Shown: positions 18,495 to 27,645 of the stretch, piece by piece | How positions within the stretch are numbered: position 1 is the stretch's first letter | How the letters are laid out: the number at the start of each line of letters is the position of its first letter | Source of the DNA: Longimicrobiales bacterium | Lineage (GTDB): Bacteria > Gemmatimonadota > Gemmatimonadetes > Longimicrobiales > Gaopeijiaceae | DNA: 64,000 nt | Assembly: GCA_041690395.1 (NCBI GenBank) | Contig: JAWLHJ010000005.1 | Location: 288,001 to 352,000, forward strand | Direction: 5' to 3' | Notes under the pieces: model-generated | Seen by the model: only the letters and a program-made list of their open reading frames with translations | The model's database searches: none | What the model was told of the DNA's origin: nothing | Made by a program: the position numbers and the translations under genes

Positions 18495-21116
18495 GTGAGC
18501 GATCCCATTCTCGAGCGCCTGAGCGATGCCCTGGAGGGGCGCTATGCCGATCTGCGCCCCGTGGGGCGCGGGGGCATGGCGAGCGTCTTTCTCGCGCACG
18601 AGCTGAAGCACGACCGCCAGGTGGCGCTCAAGGTGCTGCACCCCGAGGTCGCGGCCGCGGTCGGAACGGAGCGCTTTCTCCACGAGATCCGCGTCACCGC
18701 GGGACTCCATCACCCGCACATCCTGCCGCTCTACGATTCGGGCGAGGCCGACGGGCTCGTGTACTACGTGATGCCGTATCTGCCGGGGGAGACGCTGGCG
18801 GACCGGCTCGAGCGCGAAGGGCCGCTCCCCGTCGACGAGGCCGTACGCATCGCGCTCGACGTGGCGGACGCGCTCGAGCACGCGCACCGGGCCGGCGTCG
18901 TCCACCGGGACGTCAAGCCGAGCAACATCCTGCTCTCGTCGGGCCGAACGTTCGTGTCGGACTTCGGGATCGCGCGCATCGTCGACGATGCGGCCGGGGC
19001 GGCGCTCACCTCCACGGGCATCACCGTAGGCACGCCGCTCTACATGAGCCCCGAGCAGGCCTCCGGAGCCGACGAAGTGACCCCGCGCAGCGACGTGTAC
19101 TCGCTGGCGTGCGTGCTGTATCAGATGCTGGCCGGCGAGCCCCCCTATACGGGGCCCACCGCGCGCATGGTCACTATCAAGCGACTCACCGACCCGGTGC
19201 CTTCGGTCCGCCGATTGCGTGAAGCCGTGTCGCCCGAGGTCGGGGAGGTGTTGACGAAGGCGCTCCAGAAGCTGCCGGTCGATCGCCATCCGAGCGCGGC
19301 GGCGTTCGCGGAGGCTCTCAGGCGCGCCTCCTCGAGCACGCCCCTGGCAGGCCAGGAACCCGCGCAGCGTCCGGAGCGCGGGTCACGGGCCGTCCGCAGG
19401 TCACGGACCATACGCGCGGTCTCCGTGGTCGGCGTGGCCGCCGTCGCCCTCACCCTCCTGTACGCCGTCGGTCGCCCCACCGCTCCCGGCCTTCCGACCG
19501 CTTCGTTCGAGCGCGTCACGCGCGAGGCGGCCCCCGAGCTCTTCCCCACGCTCTCGGCATCCGGCGACACCGTCGTCTTCGAGCGCCGGGGCGATCTCTA
19601 TCTGCTGTCGCGCGTGGACGGTACCGAGCGCCGTCTCACGGACGATCCGTCGCTCGGGAACACGCAGCCCACCCTCTCTCCGGATGGCCGGCGGGTGGCG
19701 TTCCGGTCGGAGCGGAACGGCGGCGGGCTCTTCGAGGTCGGCGTCGAGGGCGGTGAGGTCCGGCGGCTCACGAACTTCGGCTACAATCCGGACTGGTCGC
19801 CGGACGGCACGCGGATCCTCTTCGCGACCGAGGGCGTCACGGACCCGTCGACGCGACGGAGCCTCAGCAACCTGTTCGTCCTGGATCTCGCCGCCGGCGA
19901 TCAGCGGCGGGTGAGCGACATCGACGCGGTCCAGCCGAGCTGGTCGCCGGACGGCACCAGGATCGCGTTCTGGAGCGTCATGCGTGACGGCGCCCTCACG
20001 AGCCAACGCGACATCTGGACGATGGCGGCCAACGGCGGCGAGGCCGTCATGGTGACGGACGATCGCGCGGTCGACTGGAATCCCGTCTGGACGGCGGACG
20101 GCCGCCACCTGGTCTTCTCGAGCGACCGGGGCGGGAGCCGCAGCCTCTGGTCCGTGCCTCTCGATCCCTCGACCGGCCGGGTGCTCGGCCCGGCCTCGTC
20201 GCTGACCCGGGGCGCGGCGGGATCCCACGAGCACACGGCCGTCGCGTCCGTTTCCGGCGAGGCCCTCTACGTGGAGCGGCTCACCACGTCGAACGTCCAC
20301 CGGCTTCCGTTCGATCCCGAAGCCGGGGTCGTCACCGGGCCGCCGGTCCCGGTCACCTCCGGAGGCATGATGGCGATCGAGCCGGCCGTCTCGCCGGACG
20401 GGGCCTGGGTCGCCTACTACACGCTCGAAGAACCGATGGCGCTGCACATCGCCGCCACGGACGGCTCGACGAGCCGTCGCATCACCGACGACGCCGGGAA
20501 CGACCGGTCACCGCAGTGGTCTCCCGACGGCCGCCGGCTCGCGTTCCACTCGGACCGGAGCGGGCGCTACCAGATCTGGGCGGCGGACGTGAGCGGACCC
20601 GGCGCCGAGGTGCCCCTGCGGCAGCTCACGAGCTCCGGGGTCATCACCATCTACTCGTTCTGGTCGCCGGAGAGCCGCCGCGTGGGATTCGTCGAGATCG
20701 GCCGGGGCGTCTCGGCCGTGCCGGTGGACGCCCCGGAAACGGGCGCCGAGATGCTCATCCCGGGCGATCTCATGGTCCGCCCCTCCTGGTCACCCGACGG
20801 GAGCCGCATCGCCGGGGTGCTGCCTCCGGCCGCCGGCGGGTCGGGTATCGTCGTCTACTCGCTCCGGACCCGCGCGCTCGAGACCGTGTCGGACTTCGGC
20901 GACGCCCCGCAGTGGCTTCCGGACGGGCGCCGGCTCCTCTTCGCCTGGGGAAGCCGGCTCTACCTGGCCGACCTCGACGCCGACGAGGTGCGGGAGGTCT
21001 ACTCGCTGGGCGACGACGTGGTGGGGCTCGGCAGCGTGTCCCGCGACGGCCGGTGGATCTACTTCTCGCGCACGGTGACCGACGCGGACCTCTGGCGCAT
21101 CGACTGGTTGCGCTGA
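18495..21116 (+). CDS. Membrane Ser/Thr protein kinase with TolB-like PD40 beta-propeller
   Basis: GRGGMASVF, VALK, HRDVKPSN, DFG, GTPLYMSPEQ. TM segment, then many WSPDG repeats. GTG start inferred. Confidence 0.92.
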   Translation: MSDPILERLSDALEGRYADLRPVGRGGMASVFLAHELKHDRQVALKVLHPEVAAAVGTERFLHEIRVTAGLHHPHILPLYDSGEADGLVYYVMPYLPGETLADRLEREGPLPVDEAVRIALDVADALEHAHRAGVVHRDVKPSNILLSSGRTFVSDFGIARIVDDAAGAALTSTGITVGTPLYMSPEQASGADEVTPRSDVYSLACVLYQMLAGEPPYTGPTARMVTIKRLTDPVPSVRRLREAVSPEVGEVLTKALQKLPVDRHPSAAAFAEALRRASSSTPLAGQEPAQRPERGSRAVRRSRTIRAVSVVGVAAVALTLLYAVGRPTAPGLPTASFERVTREAAPELFPTLSASGDTVVFERRGDLYLLSRVDGTERRLTDDPSLGNTQPTLSPDGRRVAFRSERNGGGLFEVGVEGGEVRRLTNFGYNPDWSPDGTRILFATEGVTDPSTRRSLSNLFVLDLAAGDQRRVSDIDAVQPSWSPDGTRIAFWSVMRDGALTSQRDIWTMAANGGEAVMVTDDRAVDWNPVWTADGRHLVFSSDRGGSRSLWSVPLDPSTGRVLGPASSLTRGAAGSHEHTAVASVSGEALYVERLTTSNVHRLPFDPEAGVVTGPPVPVTSGGMMAIEPAVSPDGAWVAYYTLEEPMALHIAATDGSTSRRITDDAGNDRSPQWSPDGRRLAFHSDRSGRYQIWAADVSGPGAEVPLRQLTSSGVITIYSFWSPESRRVGFVEIGRGVSAVPVDAPETGAEMLIPGDLMVRPSWSPDGSRIAGVLPPAAGGSGIVVYSLRTRALETVSDFGDAPQWLPDGRRLLFAWGSRLYLADLDADEVREVYSLGDDVVGLGSVSRDGRWIYFSRTVTDADLWRIDWLR

Positions 21117-21149
21117 CCGTGCCCCGGGGTGGGTCGTCCCGGCAAATCC

Positions 21150-22634
21150 TCACTCGTCCTCGGGCGGAATCCCCTGCTCGAAGTGGAAGAAGCCCTCGGG
21201 ATCGTACTGCGTCTTCGCCCGCTTGAGCCGCTTCAGGTTATCGCCGAAGTACGCATCGAGCGGGTTCTCGAGACCTCGCTCCGGATAGTTCTGGTACCGG
21301 CGGCCGTTCCCATGATGCACCAGCACATCGCTCATGGCAGCGAGCCAGCCCTCGGCCTCGGCACGGTCGTTGTAGGCCCAGTCGTCGTTGAAGAACGAGT
21401 CCACGAACAGGTCGCCGTGTGCCTTCCGGTGCACGAAGGCGGTCGCGTCCGGCTCGATCTCGAAGATGCGCCCGCCGTACGCCTCCATGGCCATGACGTT
21501 GAACGGGTTGGGTGACTTCCGGAAGATGTCGAGGATCTCGGTCCAGTCCTGGCGCGCCAACACCCGGTCGACATACGCGGAGCTCTTGAGCTCGAACGTT
21601 CCCGGCGGCGGCATCTCGGGATAGAAGCTCTGGATGAGATCGCGGTTCAGGTCGAAGTACCGGTCGACATGCGAGAACAGCTCACGCTCCGGAGCGTGCA
21701 CTGCGAAGAGGCGTTCGAGCTCGGCTCGGCCGTCCGCCTCGCTCCCGTCGAACATGCACATCAGGACGAACGACGGCTCGCCGTCGCGGAAGCAGAAGGC
21801 GAGCTGGAAGCCGAGAGCGGCCGGGGCCGCCCCCTCGATGTAGCTCCGCTGGATCTCGGTGAGCAGGTCGGGCGCCTGGTCGAGCGGCCACACGAAGGTG
21901 CCGCCCCACAGCTCGCCCAGCTCTGCGACGCGGTACCGGACCTCCAGTAGGACGCCGAAGTTGTTTCCCGTCCCGCCGCGCACGGCCCAGAAGAGATCCA
22001 CCTCCTCCGACTCGCTCGCCCGGACCACCCGGCCGTCCGCCAGCATGACCTCCACCTCCTCCACGCAGTCGCAGTTGAGCCCGAACTTCCTGGACGTGAA
22101 GCCGTAGCCGCCGCCCTGCATGTGTCCGGCCACCCCGACGGTATCGCACTCACCTCCGGGGATGTGAAGCCCGTGCATCTCGAGCGTTCGGTACACCTTC
22201 GACAGATTCGCGCCCGCCTGGACCCGGACCGTCCGGCGGTCGTCGGAGAGGAGGACGCCGTGGAGCGGGCTCAGGTCGACGACCATCCCGCGCTTCACTC
22301 CGTACCCGACCGTGCTGTGCCCGCCCGATCGGGGCGCGAAGTCGAGGTCGTACTTCCGGGCCACGTCGAGGCATACGCGCACGTCCGGGACGACCTCGCA
22401 CATCGCAATGAGCTGCGGTTCCTCCAGATCCGGATAGTGCGATCCGCGCCAGCGGGCCTCGTCGTAGCCGGCCATCCCCGGGATGAGCACCGGGCCTTCC
22501 ATGCGCTCCTGCAACTCCTCGAGCGCACCCTCCGGCATGCCGAGCCCGTCGAGGTACCCGTCGGGCATGCGCTCGAGCGCGGCGCGAAGCAACTCCAGTT
22601 GGCGGTCGGTGCGTGCGCGGGGTTGCCACGGCAT
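21150..22634 (-). CDS. FAD-binding oxidoreductase, berberine-bridge-enzyme-like
   Basis: RSGGHS, GECDTVGVAGHMQGGGYG, DLFWAVRGG, C-terminal YQNY...KTQYDPEGFF. Confidence 0.9.
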   Translation of the reverse strand: MPWQPRARTDRQLELLRAALERMPDGYLDGLGMPEGALEELQERMEGPVLIPGMAGYDEARWRGSHYPDLEEPQLIAMCEVVPDVRVCLDVARKYDLDFAPRSGGHSTVGYGVKRGMVVDLSPLHGVLLSDDRRTVRVQAGANLSKVYRTLEMHGLHIPGGECDTVGVAGHMQGGGYGFTSRKFGLNCDCVEEVEVMLADGRVVRASESEEVDLFWAVRGGTGNNFGVLLEVRYRVAELGELWGGTFVWPLDQAPDLLTEIQRSYIEGAAPAALGFQLAFCFRDGEPSFVLMCMFDGSEADGRAELERLFAVHAPERELFSHVDRYFDLNRDLIQSFYPEMPPPGTFELKSSAYVDRVLARQDWTEILDIFRKSPNPFNVMAMEAYGGRIFEIEPDATAFVHRKAHGDLFVDSFFNDDWAYNDRAEAEGWLAAMSDVLVHHGNGRRYQNYPERGLENPLDAYFGDNLKRLKRAKTQYDPEGFFHFEQGIPPEDE

Positions 22635-22694
22635 GCTCAGGCTCCTGCGGAAGTCGGGTCGGTGGGTCTCGGGAGATGGGTCGCGGGACCGACG

Positions 22695-23978
22695 TCACTT
22701 GCCGGCGCGCGCCTCGAGCATACGAGCCGCCCGCGCGTCCAGATAGTGCCGCTCGGTAACGGATGGAGCGAGCGCGGCCGCCTCACGGAACGCCGCCGCG
22801 GCTTCCGGGCGTCGGTCGAGCTCCGCGAGGAAGGAGCCGATCACCGCGGGGCGCAGATGGAACCGGACCAACCGCCCGTCGCTCGCGGCTTCTCGTGCGG
22901 CGGAGAGCCCGGCCTCCGGGCCCCGCACCCGCCCGACCGCGACGGCCCGATTGAGTGCCACGACCGGCGAAGGGTGGTGATCCCCCAGCGCGTCGTAGAG
23001 CTGCAGGATTCGCGGCCAGTCCGTCTCCTCCGACGTCGGGGCGGCCACGTGCGCCGCGGCGATCCCCGCCTCGAGATGATAGCGCGTCAGTTCCTCGCCC
23101 TCCGCGGCGCGCTCCAGGTGGTGGAAGCCTTCCGCGAGGAGCGCTCGGTCCCAGAGCGTCCGGTCCTGCTCGTCGAGCGGCACGAGCGCGCCGCCCTCGT
23201 CGATGCGGGCCGGCAGGCGTGCCCCGTGGAAGCACATGAGCGCGGCCAGTGCGCGCGTGGCCGGGTGCTCTCCGCCGACGTGGCCGAGCATGAGACGCGC
23301 CAGCCGGAGGGCCTCGACGCACAGGTCGCCTCGCACCAGACCGTCTCCGGCCACCGCGGCATGGCCGCCACTGAAGAGGAGGTAGACGACCTCGCGGAGG
23401 TCGCCCCCTCGCGCGGAGAGCAGCTCGGCGGTCGGATCCGGGAACTCCCCGGCGCCGTCGCGCAGCTTCTTCTTCGCCCGGACGAGTCGCTGCGCCACTG
23501 CTGGCCGCCTGGCCAGAAAGGCCGCGGCGATCTCGTCCACGGAGAAGCCGCATCCCACCTTGAGCGTCAGTACCACGCGGTCGATACGGGTCAGCTTCGG
23601 GTGGCAGCACAGCAACAGGAACGCGAGCTCGTCGTCCGATACCCGGTCGGGATCCGGGAGCGTCACGGGCGGGGGAGTGGCCACCGTGCCGCCCGACCAG
23701 GCCGCGGCGAGGAGCCGTTCCCTCCGCTGCTCGCGCCCGGCCCCATCCAGCGCGCGCCGGAGGGCCACGCGGTACAGCCACCCCTTCGGATTGTCCGGCA
23801 CCCCTCGGTACGGCCACGTCCGGAGCGCCTGGACGAACGCGTCCTGCACGGCCTCCTCGATCGCGTCGAGGCTCGCGCCGCCGAGCCGCCGCAGGAGCAC
23901 TGCCGAGATCTCGCCGGCGCTCCTGCGGAAGAGGTCGTCCACCAGCCTGGGCGTGGTCGGCACCGTCACGGCCGGCAA
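22695..23978 (-). CDS. ECF42-type RNA polymerase sigma factor with C-terminal TPR-like extension
   Basis: IEEAVQDAF, WPYRGVPDNPKGWL, LLCCHPKL, AQRLVRAK, LDEQDRTLWD, YHLEAGIAAAH, PVVALNRAVA. Confidence 0.9.
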   Translation of the reverse strand: MPAVTVPTTPRLVDDLFRRSAGEISAVLLRRLGGASLDAIEEAVQDAFVQALRTWPYRGVPDNPKGWLYRVALRRALDGAGREQRRERLLAAAWSGGTVATPPPVTLPDPDRVSDDELAFLLLCCHPKLTRIDRVVLTLKVGCGFSVDEIAAAFLARRPAVAQRLVRAKKKLRDGAGEFPDPTAELLSARGGDLREVVYLLFSGGHAAVAGDGLVRGDLCVEALRLARLMLGHVGGEHPATRALAALMCFHGARLPARIDEGGALVPLDEQDRTLWDRALLAEGFHHLERAAEGEELTRYHLEAGIAAAHVAAPTSEETDWPRILQLYDALGDHHPSPVVALNRAVAVGRVRGPEAGLSAAREAASDGRLVRFHLRPAVIGSFLAELDRRPEAAAAFREAAALAPSVTERHYLDARAARMLEARAGK

Positions 23979-23988
23979 CGCGCCCGCG

Positions 23989-24345
23989 TCACGACGCCGG
24001 CATCTCCTCGATGCGCCGCACCTCGAGCGAGCCCACCCCCAGATGCGGGCAGTCGCCGACCAGCTTCACGGCTTCGTCGTAGTCGGCCGCTTCGATGATC
24101 CAGAATCCGCCGACGACCTCCTTCGCCTCGGCGAAGGGTCCGTTCGTGACCTTCAGCCCGGCGCCCTCCCCCGTAAGGACCCGTCCGTCGCCGTCTTCGA
24201 GCTTCTCACCACCCGCGAGCTTGCCCGCCTCGGCGAGCTTGTTCCCCCACGCCACGTACTTCTCGACGATCCGCTGCATCTCCTGGGGGCTCACGTCGTC
24301 CCACGCGCCCGAAGGATCCCTCGGCAACACCAGAAACCGTCCCAT
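23989..24345 (-). CDS. YciI/DGPF family protein
   Basis: VTNGPFAEAKEVVGGFWIIEA...EVRRI. GAGGAGG RBS. Typical ECF42 partner gene. Confidence 0.92.
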   Translation of the reverse strand: MGRFLVLPRDPSGAWDDVSPQEMQRIVEKYVAWGNKLAEAGKLAGGEKLEDGDGRVLTGEGAGLKVTNGPFAEAKEVVGGFWIIEAADYDEAVKLVGDCPHLGVGSLEVRRIEEMPAS

Positions 24346-24399
24346 CGTCCACCTCCTCGCTGTGTCGCGCGCCGGCTCGTCCGACCCGCTCGACCCACA

Positions 24400-24426
24400 G
24401 ACGCGCGACGGTCCGTGGAATCGACA
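24400..24426 (-). promoter_or_regulatory. Putative ECF42-dependent promoter of the YciI-ECF42 operon
   Basis: Minus strand TGTCGA-N17-CGTC matches the described ECF42 consensus. Confidence 0.7.
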
Positions 24427-24565
24427 CGGCTCGGTCACGTGTCGCAACCTTTCGTTGATTACGCATGTCAGAGGGTGTGGAAGGGGTGGGTGCGTCCATT
24501 TATCACACATTGTATCATCAATGAGGTGAGCATGAGGACGATGTCGGGTGTGGAGGCCGTGGACG

Positions 24566-27235
24566 TTGGGTGGGCGTGACGAGAGGGGCGGGCCAGGGAA
24601 GGCGTGGGTGTGGCTTCTCGGCCTGGCCGTGCCGGACCCGTACCGCGACGCGGCGCTCGGCGATGCCGATGAGGAGTTCCGCGCTCGCCGGGATCGGGAC
24701 GGCGACCGGGCCGCGCGGGCCTGGTACCGCCGCCAGGCCATCCGGTCGCTGGGCCCGGGGCTCGCGCACTCGGCCCGAGCCCTCGTCGAGCGGCGGCGGA
24801 GCATGGATTCCAGGGGGGAGGTGGTGACGATGTGGATGCAGGATCTGCGAATCGCGGCGCGCACGCTGGCGCGCCGGCCGGGCTTCACCGTCATGGTGGC
24901 GCTCATGCTGGGCCTCGGCGTCGGTGCGACCACGGCGCTCTTCGGCGTCTTCCGGGCGGTGTTCCTCGAGCCCGTCGCGCTGCCGGACTCCGACGAGCTC
25001 GTAGTCGTCATGCAGACGGCGAGCTTCGGCTGCTGCGGTCCCTCGTCGGGGCCGGACTACCTCGACTGGGTCGAGCGCGAGCGATCGTTCGACGGCATGG
25101 CCGCCATCTCGCCCCGGTTCGTGAATCTGACCAGCCTCGAGGAGCCACGCCGCGTGTACGCCACGGTCGTGACGCCGTCGGCGTTCCCCATGCTGGGGGT
25201 CGAGCCGCGCATGGGCCGCGCCTTCACCGAGGAGGACATGGAGGCGGGCGACGTCGCGATCCTCTCGCACACCCTTTGGAGCTCGGTGCTCGGCGGCGAT
25301 CCGGACGTCCTCGGATCCACCCTCGAGGTGGACGGGAACGCCCTCACGGTCGTCGGCGTCATGCCCGAGGGCTTCGACGTGCCTTCACCCTGGTCGGTGA
25401 ACCTCCGGCACCAGCTCTACATGCCTTTTCCCCGGGAGTGGCTCGATACGAACCGAGGGAGCCACGGCTTTCCCGTCGTCGCCCGGCTCTCCGACGAGAG
25501 CACGGTCGAGACGGCCCAGGCCGACATGGAGCGCATCATGGCCGAGCTCGCAGTCGAGTATCCGCGAACGAACGCCGACCGCTCGGCCCGGGTCTTCCAG
25601 GTCCATGAGTACCTGTATGGAGACGTCGGCCGGCAGCTCGGGCTGATCCTGGCGGCCGCCGCGCTCGTCCTGCTCATCGCCTGCGGGAACGTCGCAGGGC
25701 TGCAGCTCGCGCGGGCGACGGCGCGCGAGTCGGAGCTCTCGGTCCGGGCCGCGCTCGGCGCGTCCAGGTGGACCGTTGGGCGGCTGCTCTTCTCCGAGAG
25801 CGCGCTGCTCGCGGCGGCCGGTGGCGTCCTGGGCGTGATCCTGGCGTTCCTCGGCCTGGGGCTGCTCCGCTCGCTCCTTCCTTCCACGATGCCCAGGACC
25901 GACGGGATCGCCCTCGACGGGGCGGCCCTGGCCTTCGCCCTCGGCACGGCGGCGCTCACGGCCGTCGTCTTCGGGATCGCGCCCGCGCTCCTCGCCGCGC
26001 GGCGGGACCTGGCGTCGGGCGTCCGGGAGGGCGGCTACGGGACGCTCGCTCCCGGGAAGGAGCGCCTGCGGGACGTGTTCATCGCGACCCAGATCGCCCT
26101 GGGCCTCGTGCTCGCCAACGGCGCGGTGCTTCTGGTCCGGAGCTACACGGAGGTCCGCGGCCAGGAGTACGGCTTCCACACCGAGGGTGTGCTGACCATG
26201 GCTGTCACGCCGGCGGGCAGCCGCTACGAGTCCGCTGAGGCGCGCGAGCGCTACCTGGACGAGATCCAGCGGAGAATCGCCGAGGTGCCCGGAGTCGAGG
26301 AAGTGGGCTTCATCACGCGTCTCCCCCTGGAGGGCGGCAGCAACGGGAACGTGCTCGTCGAGGGCAGGGGACCGCGGACCAGCGCCGACCAGGGCCCTCT
26401 CGTCGAGGTCACCAGCGCCCGGGGCGACTACTTCGAGGTCATGGGGATCCCGCTTCTGCGGGGCCGGACGCTGCTTCCCGTGGACTCCGTGGCCGACGCG
26501 ATCGGCGTGGTCGTGAATCAGGCGATGGTCGACGAGGTGTGGCCGGACGAGGACCCCATCGGGAAGCGCTTCAGCTTCTCCGACGATCCGCCCGCCTGGC
26601 TGACCGTCGTCGGAGTGGTGGGCAACGTGCGCCAGTGGAGCCCGGAGCGGCCGCCCGTCGCGCAGCTCTACGCGCCGTACAGGCGTGGCTGGAGCAGCGC
26701 GGGCCACGTAGTCGCCCGCATGGCCGGAGACCCGGCGGAGGTCGTCCCGGCGGTGAGACGGGCGGCGATCTCGGTGGATCCCACGCAGCCGCCGTCCGAT
26801 CTTCGGGGCATGGACGAGCGACTCGAGGCCCGTCTGGCGCAGCGGCGCTTCTATACGACACTGATCGGGCTCTTCGCGGGCGGTGCGCTCCTTCTGGCCG
26901 CCGCAGGCATCTACGGGACCGTCACCTTCTTCGTGACGCGCCGCGTGCGGGAGCTCGGCATTCGTATGGCCCTCGGCGCCGGCAGGACGGGCATCGTCGG
27001 GCTCGTTCTCCGGCGCGGCATTCGTCTGGTGGTCTGGGGACTGATACTGGGCCTCGCCGGCGTTTGGGCGAGCACCTCGGTCCTCGAGACGCTCGTCTAC
27101 GGGGTGGGCGCGACCGATCCGCTCGCCCTCGTCTTCGGCTGCCTCGCGCTCGCCGCGGTCGCGCTGGCGGCCTCGACGCTACCCGCCCTCAGAGCCGTGC
27201 GGGTGCCGCCGGTTCTCGCGCTACGCTCGGAGTGA
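24566..27235 (+). CDS. ADOP-type duplicated ABC permease (MacB/FtsX-like)
   Basis: QDLRIAARTLARRPGFT, LGLGVGATTALF, LLIACGNVA, RELGIRMALGA, ends ALRSE. Start uncertain (TTG 24566 after GGAGG, or GTG 24548). Confidence 0.9.
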   Translation: MGGRDERGGPGKAWVWLLGLAVPDPYRDAALGDADEEFRARRDRDGDRAARAWYRRQAIRSLGPGLAHSARALVERRRSMDSRGEVVTMWMQDLRIAARTLARRPGFTVMVALMLGLGVGATTALFGVFRAVFLEPVALPDSDELVVVMQTASFGCCGPSSGPDYLDWVERERSFDGMAAISPRFVNLTSLEEPRRVYATVVTPSAFPMLGVEPRMGRAFTEEDMEAGDVAILSHTLWSSVLGGDPDVLGSTLEVDGNALTVVGVMPEGFDVPSPWSVNLRHQLYMPFPREWLDTNRGSHGFPVVARLSDESTVETAQADMERIMAELAVEYPRTNADRSARVFQVHEYLYGDVGRQLGLILAAAALVLLIACGNVAGLQLARATARESELSVRAALGASRWTVGRLLFSESALLAAAGGVLGVILAFLGLGLLRSLLPSTMPRTDGIALDGAALAFALGTAALTAVVFGIAPALLAARRDLASGVREGGYGTLAPGKERLRDVFIATQIALGLVLANGAVLLVRSYTEVRGQEYGFHTEGVLTMAVTPAGSRYESAEARERYLDEIQRRIAEVPGVEEVGFITRLPLEGGSNGNVLVEGRGPRTSADQGPLVEVTSARGDYFEVMGIPLLRGRTLLPVDSVADAIGVVVNQAMVDEVWPDEDPIGKRFSFSDDPPAWLTVVGVVGNVRQWSPERPPVAQLYAPYRRGWSSAGHVVARMAGDPAEVVPAVRRAAISVDPTQPPSDLRGMDERLEARLAQRRFYTTLIGLFAGGALLLAAAGIYGTVTFFVTRRVRELGIRMALGAGRTGIVGLVLRRGIRLVVWGLILGLAGVWASTSVLETLVYGVGATDPLALVFGCLALAAVALAASTLPALRAVRVPPVLALRSE

Positions 27236-27238
27236 CCG

Positions 27239-27538
27239 ATGGGTGAGTTCGAACAGCTGGTCCTGCTCGCGATCCTCAGGTTGGAGGACGAGGCTTACGG
27301 CATGGAGGTCCGGGCCGAGATCGAAGCGCGCACCGGCCGCGACGTCTCGTACGGCGCGGTCTACACCACCCTCGACCGCCTCGAGCGGAAGGGGTGGGTC
27401 GCGCACGAGCTCGGGGCGCCGACGCCGGAGCGAGGAGGGCGCGCGAAGAAGTACTTCCGGGTCGAGCGCGCGGGGCGCGAGGCGCTGCGGGACACCCGGC
27501 GAGCGCTCGAGATCATGTGGGACGGCGTGACGCCCTGA
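27239..27538 (+). CDS. PadR family transcriptional regulator
   Basis: GEFEQLVLLAIL, AYGMEV, GAVYTTLDRLERKG, RGGRAKKYF. Confidence 0.93.
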   Translation: MGEFEQLVLLAILRLEDEAYGMEVRAEIEARTGRDVSYGAVYTTLDRLERKGWVAHELGAPTPERGGRAKKYFRVERAGREALRDTRRALEIMWDGVTP

Positions 27539-27544
27539 TTCTCG

Positions 27545-27573
27545 TTGACACCCCCACCTGCCGTTTCTAGCTT
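27545..27573 (+). promoter_or_regulatory. Sigma70-type promoter of purA
   Basis: TTGACA-N17-TAGCTT. Confidence 0.75.
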
Positions 27574-27594
27574 CTCCCAAAGGATACAGCGGTC

Positions 27595-27634
27595 AACGGG
27601 CCATCCCCTCGGGGAAGGTCCGTTTTCTTTTTTT
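27595..27634 (+). terminator. Intrinsic-terminator-like hairpin in the purA 5' leader
   Basis: AACGGGCC-A-TCCC-ctcg-GGGA-A-GGTCCGTT followed by TTCTTTTTTT. Confidence 0.6.
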
Positions 27635-27645
27635 CGAGGTTGGAG

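Noticed and set aside
3175..21116. Region as a prophage or mobile island
   Set aside because: No integrase, transposase, phage genes, att-like repeats or tRNA anchor were seen, and composition is broadly similar to the flanks.
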